Shown: positions 39,312-51,820, counted from the whole stretch's first letter. The stretch is DNA of 63,214 nucleotides, filler included, from Collodictyon triciliatum (GCA_043381765.1; 8 parts of 8 records of this genome joined end to end with filler, not necessarily neighbours in it); one strand, 5' to 3'. The notes: generated by a model from the sequence alone, not told the origin. Made by a program: numbers and translations.

Positions 39312-41253
39312 ATTTTTTTTTAGAGAAAGATGTAGCATATTTCGGAGGATTGAAAGAACTTTGCTGAGTATATTATTAGTGCTGTTTAAGTCTCTTGTCA
39401 AGAATACACTTTGTTTGCTTTCTGGGCGGTTGCATTCTTTACATATGAGACATCTATACGCTTTTTTGTATTTCCTTTCAGTTTCTTATATCCCAATTCT
39501 TTTTCGCAGTTGTGGCACATCTTGGATGTTCTAAATTCATCTATACACTGCTTCAAAACGCTTGGATAGTATTTTTCGTAATCTTCTTCCGATTGTTGCC
39601 ATAAAATGCTTCATCGGACATTTTCTGCTCCAGCCTCCATACGCCAGTACAACATTCTTGCCAAATGTCTTTTCGATTCGGTCCATAAACAACTCTTCAC
39701 TTCTCTTTTATTAGCATACTGTCTCCATCTCATCTTTCGAAAAGTTACTTGTTCATAAAATCTGGAAAATTCTATCTGGTATCTTGATTTCATAGATACA
39801 TATATTCGAATTTTTTCATAATCGACCGTACATGAATTATGTTTACTCAGTTCTATCTCTAAACCGATTAAAGATACTCTTAATGTCTCAAACCGCTGAT
39901 TCTCTTCAAAAGTCACGGCACCAAAAGAAATAGCACTTTGTGAATATGTTGCCATGCATATCCCCGAAGCATTGTACTTTTCTTTTTTTCTCGCGCAAGA
40001 GTATTTTGTGATTATTAAGAGATTTGCTATCATGTCTTGTTTGATGTGCCGTGTAACGTAATTTCTTACCTGTCTCATTCACCATGTAAAAAAAATAAAA
40101 TAATTAAACTTACCTGCGTCCACTCAAACTATTTTTTGTCGCTAATAATGATAACTGCTCTTCGGAAAGTTCATCTATATAGACACATTCTTGGGGGGGG
40201 GGGGGGGTTTTTTGGGTTTTTTNNNNNNNNNNGGGAGGAAGGGGGTTGATTTTGGAATTTTGCATTTGAGATACCTTTCTTTTCAAACAATAATGACACC
40301 GCCAAGCCGTCTGTTTGTATCATGTATTTAAAATTGTAGTCTCTTTGACGTAAGACCCTTTTCTTCGTTTCAAAGAACTTATCTCATAGTACATCTTTGC
40401 ATCCTGATATATTATTCAGCAATAATTTTTTTCTGGTTGATACTAATAGACCTATCAAACATGCAGTATCTAGAGTATTATGCCATGGTATATTGGCAGT
40501 TCTTACAGAGATTGGTAGAAACTTTTTGGTTCAAATGTCCTCAAAAATGCGACTCATGTAAATCAGACATGGTATGTTCTTGTTTGGATTGACTTTGATG
40601 TCATATTCGATACCTTTTACAATATCGCTGGGAATGATATGATGCAAATGTATTTTTAGCCCATCCTTTGTATTGTTCTGGTATTTCGAGTTTCTTGAAG
40701 ATGGCTTTTTTTTAACTTTCGTAACCCTGCCTTTTTAATATCTTCCGTAACATTCTCATCTTTAGGAACTGTTTGATTTATAAATTGCAGTAACCTCTTT
40801 GCAAAATGCCTCTTAATGTTATTATGATAAGCTGTTAACATTTTCTTCGCCAAGTACGGTAATACGTGAGACAGTCCAACCAACGGAAAGCGTTCTTCTT
40901 GGGACAAAAGGAATCGAAAATAATAGAGATAAAAAGTCATCATGTCGATTCTCATTTATGGTTTTTTTTTCATAAAACTTGCTGGTCTGTCTTGTGAAAT
41001 AATTCCGACTGTCTTTAAAGCGTACGAAAAAAAAACTTTCATCGATTGTTGTGACTTGTTGTGATTTCAATATGTAGCATCTTGCAAACAGATAAGTGTC
41101 GGTAATCAAATTATGACACAATAAAATCGTATCGTTGATTTTATCATAGTCATCCACATTCTTTACAATCGACTTTTGAGATGTTTTCACATTTCGATAG
41201 GGTGGTTTTACAGACTTTAGATTCTCAGACTCAAGACGTTTTCTTTTCTTCAT
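39312..41253 (-). pseudogene. Fanzor1 (eukaryotic TnpB-like RNA-guided endonuclease), disrupted by frameshifts and stops
   Basis: Reconstructed across frames: MKKRKR..YRNVKTSQKSIVKN..CHNLITDTYLF; MLTAYHNNIKRHFAKRLLQFIN; YDIKVNP..LIYM; RTANIPWHNTLDT; FKYMIQTDGLAVSLLF; RuvC-I IV*VDAGK (D 40118-40120); KLRYT; FYEQVTFRKMRWRQY; LAYGGWS; RuvC-II IDEFRTSK (E 39536-39538); CHNC..CKEC zinc finger; RuvC-III RDLNSTNNI (D 39390-39392). Exact C-terminus uncertain. Confidence 0.92.
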
Positions 41254-41942
41254 CTGAAAGTATTTGTTTTACTTTTTCTTTAGAAAACTACCGAGTTTTC
41301 AATTTTAATAAAACTTTAGTAAATCTAATAAAAAACAACTGCACAAAATCAATTATGTAAAACTAAGCATCTACCGAGACTCTCAAAATATGCACATTGT
41401 GGAAAACAAACACAAATTTTTTTTTTTTAAAAAAAAAAAGTGATTTGAGACAAAACGCTGAGAGCCGATTCGGCGAGTTCGAAAGGACGGCCGTATAGCC
41501 ATTGCGACTGAAAGCCAATGTATCGGCCCCAAACAACATGATTATCGCCGCAAGTGTGGGCAGTATGCTTTTTTGAAATACATGTTTGGTGGCAGGTTTA
41601 TAGGGTGGGTTCTGTCTGGAAAGGCAAAGGCTTGTTTGTCATTTTTAATATTTTTGATATTATTACATAAATGGGAAATGAAGCATAAATTAATTATATG
41701 AATAGAATGAGATTTTTTTTATGTATTTTTAACCTTATTATATTACTAATCACACTATTATATTATTCAGGTCGTTTCTTGGATTGTTTTACATATTATT
41801 TTTTTTTTTTTTTTGCGAAGGCAGCTTGACTTATTGATTAAATCAGCATCACGGTCGAACGGAGTCAGAACGCCGCGTTGCTATGAAGCAAAAAACACTC
41901 GCAGACTCACCATTCACCACAGATCAGCCAACCCCGGAAGCC

Positions 41943-42042
41943 ATGAGCACTGTAACATCTGCTGCCGACGCCACCGTGAAAACTCTGGCCAGAGAGTTTC
42001 TGTCCTTTGTCGACGCTTCTCCTTCGCCTTTCCACACTGTCG
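41943..42042 (+). CDS. DNPEP: First exon of aspartyl aminopeptidase (peptidase M18); remainder lost at scaffold end
   Basis: MSTVTSAADATVKTLAREFLSFVDASPSPFHTV then a GTAAGT donor; matches the M18 N-terminal F(L)xFxxxSPSPFH(A)V motif. Confidence 0.85.
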
Positions 42043-42551
42043 GTAAGTATTGCAACGTNNNNNNNNNNNNNNNNNNNNNNNNNNNNNNNNNNNNNNNNNN
42101 NNTTAATTAATTAANNNNNNNNNNNNNNNNNNNNNNNNNNNNNNNNNNNNNNNNNNNNTTTTTTTTTCTTTTTTTTTTTTTTTTTTTTTTTTGCACAATT
42201 AGTTCGTTCCCGTGATCCTTTTGCTTGGCGGGATGCTCAAGAAGCCTGCTTTGAGAACCTCTTGGCTTCTGTGAGCTTATGTGTGAGTTCTCGGTTATGT
42301 AACCCACCCTGCGAGGTCTCGTTTTCGTGGTAGGAGACGGAAAAGCAGACCGTGTATTTTTCTTTTCTTCATTTTTCCGAGCTTCTTCTTTCTTGTTCAT
42401 ACCATATTTTCTCTTCCTTTTGCGGAAAATTCCTAAGCAGCAAGTCCGCACGGATTGTTAGATCGGCAGATCGCTTTGCATCCACGGCAACTTTTTTCGG
42501 AGGCAGATCGAGAGCACATCGCAGGAGAAAGACTCGAGCTGGCAGAATAAG

Positions 42552-42980
42552 ATGGCCCCAAACTACACTCTCACCTACGTTTACTGCGCACTCCTTTTTG
42601 TGGGAGGTAAGTACCTCTTCTCAATGTTTTTCTGTTTTTTTTCTGTTTTTTTCTGTTTTTTCTTCTCTCTCTCTGCAAAAGGGCTTTGCGAGCAAGTCCC
42701 TTCTGTGCTTGCACTGAGCAGCCGGCAACATTAACCCTGCACAGGACTCATGGGCTTCTTGAAGAAGGGCAGCGCCGCCTCGCTGGTGGCTGCATCGGCG
42801 TCTGCGGGGGTCATCGCGCTCGCCGCAAGAAACAACCGCCGCGACTTTGTCATCGCACTCACCTTCGCAATGTCGCTTTTCATGGGCTTCCGCTACGTAA
42901 ACTCCTTCAAGTTCATGCCTGCCGGCCTCGTTGCGCTTCTAAGCCTCGCATTGTGCCTCTTCCACGTCTCCTCCGTCTAA
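42552..42980 (+). CDS. TMEM14: TMEM14 family small membrane protein, two exons
   Basis: MAPNYTLTYVYCALLFVG-GLMGFLKKGSAASLVA...MGFRYVNSFKFMPAGLVALLS. Carries the GG.MG..KKGS..SL and R...S.KFMPAGL signatures; one GTAAGT..CAG intron. Confidence 0.9.
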
Positions 42981-43296
42981 GAGCGCCGCTGCAGTCTGCT
43001 GAGTCGAAGCGGTCGGAATAAAGCAGGCTGTGAATCCTTCGGCGCTTCGCAAGTTGGCTCGCTCACAGCGCAGATGGGAGAGCATCGCTTTGGTCGCTGC
43101 TGCTTCTCAAACACCTGTGCTTTTTGGGGTATTTCCATGTGCGAATGCGCATGTAGCTTGTGTAATCAGTGGGTTGGCTCCACCGGATGCAAGACGGGAG
43201 CAGAATAGGGGAAAAGAAAGAGGAGAGGGGAAGGGGAAGGGGAAGGGGAAGGGAAGGAAATCGAAAGATAAAGAAAGCTCGCAGACGGGCCGGAGG

Positions 43297-45567
43297 CTAA
43301 TCGAAGGCAGACAAATCAAAGTCCTTGACAACGTCTTTCCCACGGGACCTGAAAGTGTGATACCGTTGAATGTTATGCGCATCTCTCGCGAAGTTTGGCT
43401 GCATGTTAAAGGGGAAATACATCGGCGATTGCTTGCAAATCACACAATTTCATTTTTGGTAAAATAATAAAAAGACAGTACTTGGTTGGTTTTCGTTTGC
43501 CTCCAGCTTGTGCCTTCGCTTTCGGTGCAGGTTTTTTAGGACGCTCCTCCTCCTCCTCCTCCTCTTCGTCGTCGTCATCATCGTCGTCATCGTCGTCATT
43601 ATCATCATCATCATCACTAGCATCACCATCGTCGTCGTCATCACGATTGTATGTGTCATAGTGGTCCTCCCCATCTTCATCTTCATCCTCTCCTTCGCCA
43701 TCCTGTGACTTAGTTTTTGCTTTTTTCTCAGAGTCCAAGTTTGGTTCTTTCATAGCTGCTTCGTTCACATCCTATATTTTATTGAGTTATTATTTTGCTA
43801 TTTTTAGTTCTGATGGCATGGCGTTTGAAATAGAAGATAAAGTGAGCACAGAGAAAGAGTGAATAACAAAGATATTTGAGGTTACAGGACCAATCACTAA
43901 TATATGGTAATACACAGATATACCTCGAATTGTGCTTTTAGGATTTTTTGTCTTCGTTGGTCATCCGCCAGTAAGTCCTTGAGATATTTGTCCCTATTGG
44001 TGGCATAAGATTTTTTTTTCATTATTGTTGGTGTGATGTATGTAATGAAAATATCACAACGAGGCGGATAGGCCCAACAGACTCGTAATCTTGTGTAAGA
44101 GTTTGCTTCTAGATAAATATAGATATAAGTATATATAAATGACTCCTACAAAGGTGACTCGCCCTCTGTTTTGAGCTGTGAAGCAAATCTATCTACAGCA
44201 TCGACATCCTGTGCAGCAAAATGAAATAATAGCTCGAATCATAAATAAAGGTTCATTTCATGGCAGTTTATGAGGCAATAGAGAGATAGGAAGTTGGCAA
44301 TTAAAGTTGTATGAAATCCTTCTTCTTATTTTCCTCTGTTTTCTTTCCTGTTGTTTCTCTTTTTGTCGAACCTTTGGGCTGAAGTTGACTCCCTCTCGCT
44401 TTTTCATGATGAACGTGATATTGCTGTTGATCTGAACGTATGTGAAAAAAAAATTATTTTAACTGGGACGGGGTTTCCATGAGAATACTGGTAATAGACA
44501 TACACGATATGAACAGTGGGAACCTTATCAAGTAGAGTCTTGAGACTCCTTCGCATGAGCGGATTTGCACAATTTTTCAAGGTTTTCTTTATGTGCACAC
44601 AGAGAGGAAATGCCAACTCAGGGAATCCGATGGAATACTATATTAACGATGAGTATAGGAAGCAGCCGAATCAAAAACTATGAAGGATTTCGTTTTGTTT
44701 TGTGGATATATCATATTAATTTTGATAGAAAAATATTAAGATTAAAAATAAAGTGTGGTAATTCGATGTGAAATTTTGGTCACCGAGAAGTTGTGTATAT
44801 ATTTATTTTTCTAGCTTAGAATGGAAAATACCGAGTGAAATGAAAGGAAGTCTGTCAGAAGAAGCAAGACTTCATGCGCACAACATTCCTTAGTAAGAGT
44901 ATCAGAAAAGGAGTTGTTATATTTTAGTTTCAAAAAAAAAAACTTATCGCTCGAGATATGAAAGAATGTATATGCAACAAGGGAATAAAAAAAAACACTG
45001 AAACAAAGGTGAGCTGAGGGCCTTGATTTGTCAATTGATTGAGTATATATAATTCCTGAACATACCCAGTATTGTGGAGATGACAGCAGTGATTCAGGAA
45101 CCTTGAAGTGAATCCTACACATTATATGTGCACAAATGTTAATTTCATCGAAGATATTTATGTCGTTGTTATGAGCCAGAGGAAAGGACTGATAAATTAC
45201 GAAAAGCAATAAAAAAAAAATCGTAAGACAATTCTCCTCTATATAAGTTCTATTTCTAAAAGGCTTGGTATATCTATTAAAATGAATGAGTAGAATTGTC
45301 ACATTTAAAAATCGTCTGCTTACTTCATATCAATCGGTTTTGCCTTTGTGTTGGTGAACTTCTTTTTTGTTGTAAAGTTATCGTTTTGGATAACCTGTGT
45401 TTATAATAATCGTTTGAGTTTATTCTATGATAGATAAAGATATAGTCTATTAATAGTTAAATAAATTCAGATACTCAGATAAGCAGATTCAAATTTCAGG
45501 CGAATTTTAGAATAGATTCAAATATAATAATAATAACAATAATAAAAATAATAATGATAATGATCAA

Positions 45568-45621
<54 letters not shown>

Positions 45622-48600
45622 CAACCAACCAACCTCGATCAGAATCGAACCAACAGGAATGTAAATATTTGTCTTGGGTACGAATTAAGAAATAAGTATT
45701 GCCATGTATAAATCATTCCACATTTCAGCACGCCATATATATTATACATGGGTTTCGAAGTAATGGCCTTACATGTCGCGAAATGGAGTTCAAAACTCTA
45801 GAGAAGGTAAATCTCATCGGAAAGAATTTAGCGGTGGGAATCAATCTAAAATATAAATTCGAGGTGAATACATTTTCCATAAAGATACAGAATTAATCAT
45901 ATAATTAAATCATCGTAAAAGATAACCAACGACACCAAAATACTACGAAAAAATCATTTCAGGATAGTAATTTAGTATACCTGAGTGTTCCCAACACAAT
46001 TTGAGAGAATGGGTATATGAGCTGACGAATATCTTTTTGCTCATGATATGCTATGATTACACATGAAATATAATAATTCATAATTTATATCAAAATGTTG
46101 ATATATATGTATCTTGATAAAAAAAAATTCCTTGTTTCAATTCGAAGTAAATTTGTTTTGATAACAAATTGAAGGATAAAACAGACTTGAAATGACTTGT
46201 CCCCACAAACATATGCAGTTAACAAATTGCCAATTATAAATTTGGGAGAACGATTCCTGTTATGATAGAAAAAAAATCAACCTGGTAAAAGATAAGTTCT
46301 TATTGATGATTATAATTATTTTATTGTTATTGTTCAAGTTGATGAGTACGAATGACGAGAAAAAAAAAGGAATTTTAAATAAAACTCAAAAAAAAATACC
46401 TTTGATTTTTTTATCAAACAGTTTCTCAAGTGTATGGCCATTTGACGAATGTAAGCGAACATGTGCTGTATAATAAAAAAAAAAAAGTTGATAAAAATAA
46501 TCCTACGAGCAAACTTCAAAAAAAAAAAATGTGATTTTTGAGAACATCAAGGGGACTCTCTGTCATTTTATACCTGGTAAGATGATGAAAACTCCAATCC
46601 ATATATCTGGTGTGATTTTTTGGGGGGAATTATTATTATGGAATGAATTCTTTCTTCTTTCTTCTTTCTTCAAGTTGGACTAAATATCATCGATAAAAAT
46701 GAAAATAAACTATTCGATTTTAAACAACCTCTGTCACACAATTCATCATGAATATGATGGATGAGTGATTCACAGAGTTCGTAAACTTTGCATTTCTTAC
46801 AAAGGTCAGGTAAAGTCCCTGTGTCAATTTGTGAGTCAGAGATGGAAAGGAAAGAGTATCATCATTTTTGTGTCATTTTATTCATAGATGTCCTACATAC
46901 ACAGTGAATATAGTGTATATATTGTTTCAAAAATCATAAATCCGAGAAAAATAGCATATGGCTCACGAGTCAAACCTTGAGTGCGAGCTCGATAAAAGGA
47001 AATGGCATAGCAAAACACATCTTTCGAATATTGAGGAAGGCATCTAGGCGAGAACTCTTCTCTCCTCTGGACCAAATGACCAACAAAATCTGCGGGTAGG
47101 GATTACACATGGAATCAGTGGAATTCAAGTGAAAGATGACAACTCTGTGAATCCTGTGTATTGCAGATAACGCCTGAAGGAAAGAGAAAAGTACGGCAGA
47201 AATGTACATTATAATGCAAATAGTTCGATAAAATAGATACTTTAAAAAACTTCCGAGCTAATTTAGGCAAAAGAATGAAGTAATCCATCATTCTATCCGT
47301 TTGGTGAAGCTATTTTTTGGTGTAATTTTCGGATATGATTGGTGAATGTATAATCCTTCAATGAAGCAATACAACATATTCCTTTGTTTGGAGGCAGCTT
47401 GATTTTACAAAGATGTATACCACATATGAAAACAGCCTCGGATCAGGCTTCTTTCGCAAAAAGTGGACCAAATTTCCAAAGTACGAAAGAGCCATTTTCT
47501 TTAGTGGGCGAGATGCTTTCAAAAGTCTCTTACTGTGCGAGATGGGGAATGGCGTTGATTGATTAGCTTCGTATATATGACACGAGAAACAGGTAAATAT
47601 GCGTGAATTTGTACTTTTCCTGATGTCCGAGGGACGGGTCCCATTTAAAATGGTAATTGAATAAAGAGTCCACGTTCTCAAAACAGGCTAGAGTTTTATA
47701 CATGCATAATTAAGTTAAAACAATATATCGACTATTCAAAGTGTAATCATATCATCTACTGATGCGCAATTTTTCTTTAGAGGTCTCGATTCAACATACG
47801 AGGGACTTGGAACCACCCAATATTATTTAAAAAAATCGTGTATTCGAAAAAAAACCTATCATTAAATTTTGAAAGATTTTGCCATTTTCGATGTGGAACG
47901 GATATGCTACTCCCTCAATATCATCCCCCAAATGACAACCAGATCTTGTGCATCAATCGTGTGTTAGATTAACTTTTTTAAAAAAAAATCACGTTAAATT
48001 TATCTCTTAACAAAAGAGGAGGAGAAATTAAATAGACTTGAAAGGGGGAAAAATAAATGCGTTCTGAATTACCGAAAGGCAGAAAGGAGTTCTTGAAGTC
48101 CTGTCAGTGACTTCTCCTGTGAGATAAAATAACAATCAACTTTAGCCACATCAAGTGGAATTCGGTTGTGTTCTCATTTTTTTGTTCAATTGGCTATGAA
48201 GGGTAATCCTACCTTGATTGCGCGGTGTAGAATATCATTCAATATCGACATGGTTAAATGGGACCCATATTCATATCGTCTGATCGGGCCTTTCTTTTTT
48301 GGGGCTTCATCGAACTCTTCACCGTCAAAGTCATCGTCCTTATCGTCCTCATCATCCTCATCATCCTCATCATCCTCATCATCCTCATCATCCTCATCAT
48401 CCTCATCAAAGTCTGACGCCATCTTCTTTTTTCTTTTCTTTGGCTCTTCATCTTGAATATTACTCTCATCATTATCATCATCATCACCCTCATCAACATT
48501 CTCCTTTTATGAGGAGGGAGGGAAATAATCCATAAGTAAAAGGAATATATAATGGCGTCTGAAATCATGAACTGGGCATATTAATTTAGCAGAGAAAGAA

Positions 48601-50349
48601 TTATATAAATTTTAACCTCATCGAGAATGTCTAGGATGTTTGGGTCATTTTCTTGGATATAGTCAAAGAATTCAGGCTGAGTTTCCTGCAAATCTGCCGA
48701 TTGAAGTATTTCAATAAAACGATTCATAGGTCATCAGTGTAAAGACGCACAAGGAAAACAAAATAAGCAATTTCCATTTGACTATGAGGTGGTGTGTATG
48801 TCGATCTGGAAGCTAATAGAGATGAAGTGGAATGGTATATGAATATGATACCTCTCAGAGACTTCCTGTACTCATCTATAGTTTGATAATCCTAAAAATA
48901 ATTTAATCAGTAGATTTGTTTCCGATTTTATTCTATCATCAATTCTACAGTCAAAGAGGTGACAAATAAATACGTTTATTTCATCGCAGAGCAGTATTCT
49001 GATTATTCCTTTTCTTTTGTTAAAGCTCTTATTTTAATTTTTCTTCGTTTCATAATATCCTTTGGAAAAAAATATATGTATGCACGTGCGGCATATTGCT
49101 GCAGAAGTTACCTCGTCATCTTCCTCATCATCTGTTGAAGGGCCCTTTTTCTCTTTTCCTTTAGGCTTCGCTTTATCGGCTTTCTTGGATTTTTCTGCTT
49201 TTCTGATGTAATTGTCCGAATTTTATTTTATTTAGAGGGGTCATTGAATGGCCATTGGAATTTTGGAGGTTTGCTTATAGAGGGAAATCAAGGAAAATGT
49301 ACAGCATATTAAGCCAAATTCGTACGATTTTTGCTTCATTTTCGGTACTGCTTTTGATTCTTGCTCGAGTTCCTAGATAATGTGTGAATGATTATATATC
49401 TTTACAGGTTATCATTGTGGCTACTATTCGCAGTCCTGGCGGATGAGTCTTTCCATATTGATTCATTATTTGAATATGTATAGCGTCAAAGTAAGGAAGA
49501 AATAAATATATATTAATGAATCAAAGGTAATGTGATTAGGAGTATTAGAAACCTCTTTCAAACTCTCTTCCTCTTCGAAACCGCCTGTGCTTCCTGCGCC
49601 AAAGTCCATTTTGAAGAATGCATCAGCATCCATTGATTCAAAATCCCTATATCAAAGAAACAGTAAATTACGGTGGTTTTGGGGAAACAATGTTTGCTTT
49701 TCATTTGAAATTCAGTGGCAAGGACTCAAAATACAAAAATTAGGTTCCATGGGCTAAAGCCTTATTATATTTTGGTATCTTTTACTTAAGCAATCGAGCA
49801 GTTTCAAAGAGGATTTCTAGAATCCAAATCCAGAGGAATGGGAATATAGATGGGCACAAAAACTCCTCATACTTTCGGATAATAAGATAATGGATTTGAA
49901 GGAAACTTACAAGGAAGATTTCTTTTTCCCGGCATTTAGCTTTTTCTCAGTAGCTTGCTCATTCTCGCTACTTGGTCCTTTCGGCTCTGAAAAGATTACA
50001 TAGTCAGCCGTATTGTCCGGATTATTGGGGAGAAAAAAGGGGGAAAAAAAAAAAGGAAAGAGGCGAACCCACATAAACCAAGAAAGACGATGACTCGGGT
50101 CAAATGAAAACAAGAGCAGGATGTTATTACCATGAGAAGATCGTGTAAGCGACAAGTTGTGGTATTTGGGCTCGAATCAAAACAAAACAAAAAAATATAG
50201 GCTGAATCTAAAGCTGAACAGTAATCTCAAGCATGACTACCTTTTTTTTGGAAAGGCTTGGCTTTCTTCTGCAGCTCTTTTCTTTTGCGAATGGTTTGCG
50301 GGAGCTGATCACGCACAAACTTTTTTGTGCTTTTCTTTACTTTGGTCAT
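43297..50349 (-). CDS. NOC2L: Nucleolar complex protein 2 (Noc2/NOC2L), many exons
   Basis: MTKVKKSTKKFVRDQL.., QPEFFDYIQENDPNIL, AFLNIRKM, MFAYIRQMAIHLRN, YNWQFVNCICLW, LIYPFSQI..RLIPTAKFFPMRF, YIPV, SIGFPELAFP, an acidic tail, and the end KDVVKDFDLSAFD-TAG. Confidence 0.93.
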
Positions 50350-50391
50350 GGTTCTCCGCTGCTGGTCAAGTTGTTTTGTTTGTGTCGTTAT

Positions 50392-50394
<3 letters not shown>

Positions 50395-50477
<83 letters not shown>
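50395..50477. repeat. (GA)n microsatellite at scaffold end
   Basis: Direct tandem dimer. Confidence 0.95.
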
Positions 50478-51667
50478 NNNNNNNNNNNNNNNNNNNNNNN
50501 NNNNNNNNNNNNNNNNNNNNNTTAATTAATTAANNNNNNNNNNNNNNNNNNNNNNNNNNNNNNNNNNNNNNNNNNNNATCTACTCGGATTTTATATGACG
50601 AGGCAAAGTCTGTTTATGTTAGGATGCCTCCCCAAGCCACGTTTGTCGACATGGTTCATATTTTCTCTGACTTGCTCGACCAAAAGATTCAGCAGCAGCA
50701 GTGGCCGAGATAAGCTGAGGATTTTCATTTCCCCTTCATTTTCTTGCAATTTTTCTATTTCGGATAATAAACTCGTACTGGTGTTTGATTATAGGCGAGT
50801 GTGAATAGCAGTAGAGCAGGAAATGTGTTTTCTTAATATGGAAATTATGATTATAATATAAAATATAATATCTATGGAAATTTGAGATAATTTGGTTATA
50901 ATATATTAAATCATTATATTATTTTTAGTATATAAGGGTAATCACTTATATTAACGTTGTTCACTTCTTCCACCCGCGCAATTCAGTATTATCGGTTCTA
51001 TTTTCGCAACATAAAGCCGTTACTGGCGGGTTTGGAATCTGGCACGAGCGCATAATTCAAGGAAATGTAACGAACATCCGAAAGTGTAATAATTACATCA
51101 TATGATACCAATCATGCACCAAAAATGACTAAAATGCAGCCCTAATTAATCCATTTCCCGTGATGGAAAGTGCAATCACCAAGCCAAGCCTTCCATCACA
51201 GAAAATTGCAGAAGCGCTTGGCCTACTTTGGCCGATGATCAAAGCCTCTTTGCTTTCTCTGCTAACCAAACCAAAGGATTCGTTGGTTCTGTTCGATTCT
51301 GCTTGATTCCTTTCAGCCACCCACTCTTCCGAAAAGCGAGTCTCAGCCAGTCGCTTTTCCCTCGGCTTTGAAAGACCTTGGGCGGCTGCGAACGGCCGTG
51401 ACCGTGGCTGTGCGAATGAGTCAGAGAAGCCATAAAGCAGAGTCAGGTGGTGGTTGTATCTTTCCCCTCCTGTCCACTGGGTCGCTTCCCAGCGCCATAT
51501 TTGTTGGCGGCTCGTGCTGTAATGATGGGAAGTTGGGCGAATTCTTTCATTCTTTCTTTCTTTCTTTCTTTCTTTCATTCATTCATTCATTCATTCATTC
51601 ATTCATNNNNNNNNNNNNNNNNNNNNNNNNNNNNNNNNNNNNNNNNNNNNNNNNNNNNNNNNNNNNN

Positions 51668-51726
<59 letters not shown>

Positions 51727-51820
51727 TGGCTTCCTACACCCAACTGCTAATAGCAAGGGTAATTCCCACTGGCCATCTGTCCTCACATTTTCGCCTGCAA
51801 TCCATCTATCCCAACTCTAG

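Larger units (their letters stand above)
39149..41766 (-). mobile_element. Putative non-autonomous Fanzor1-carrying transposon (boundaries tentative)
   Basis: Fanzor ORF plus structured 3' region between two divergent housekeeping genes, with no transposase visible. The boundaries come only from a weak AT-rich 13-bp inverted repeat (39149-39161 / 41754-41766); no target-site duplication seen. Confidence 0.4.

Noticed and set aside
40068-40113. GTAAGT..CAG after the RuvC-I Asp as an intron
   Set aside because: The segment encodes expected Fanzor residues (GK..YMV.E.GKKLRYT) after one T-run slip, so it is more likely coding.
40124-40533. In-frame TGAs in the Fanzor as evidence of UGA reassignment
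   Set aside because: They replace different residues (probable Gly and Trp), coexist with a TAA and frameshifts, and host genes appear to end in TAA, TAG and TGA normally.
41456-41490. CTGAGA-stem-GAG as a hammerhead ribozyme or TPP riboswitch
   Set aside because: It lacks the CUGANGA and GAAA hammerhead core and the ACCUGAU TPP segment.
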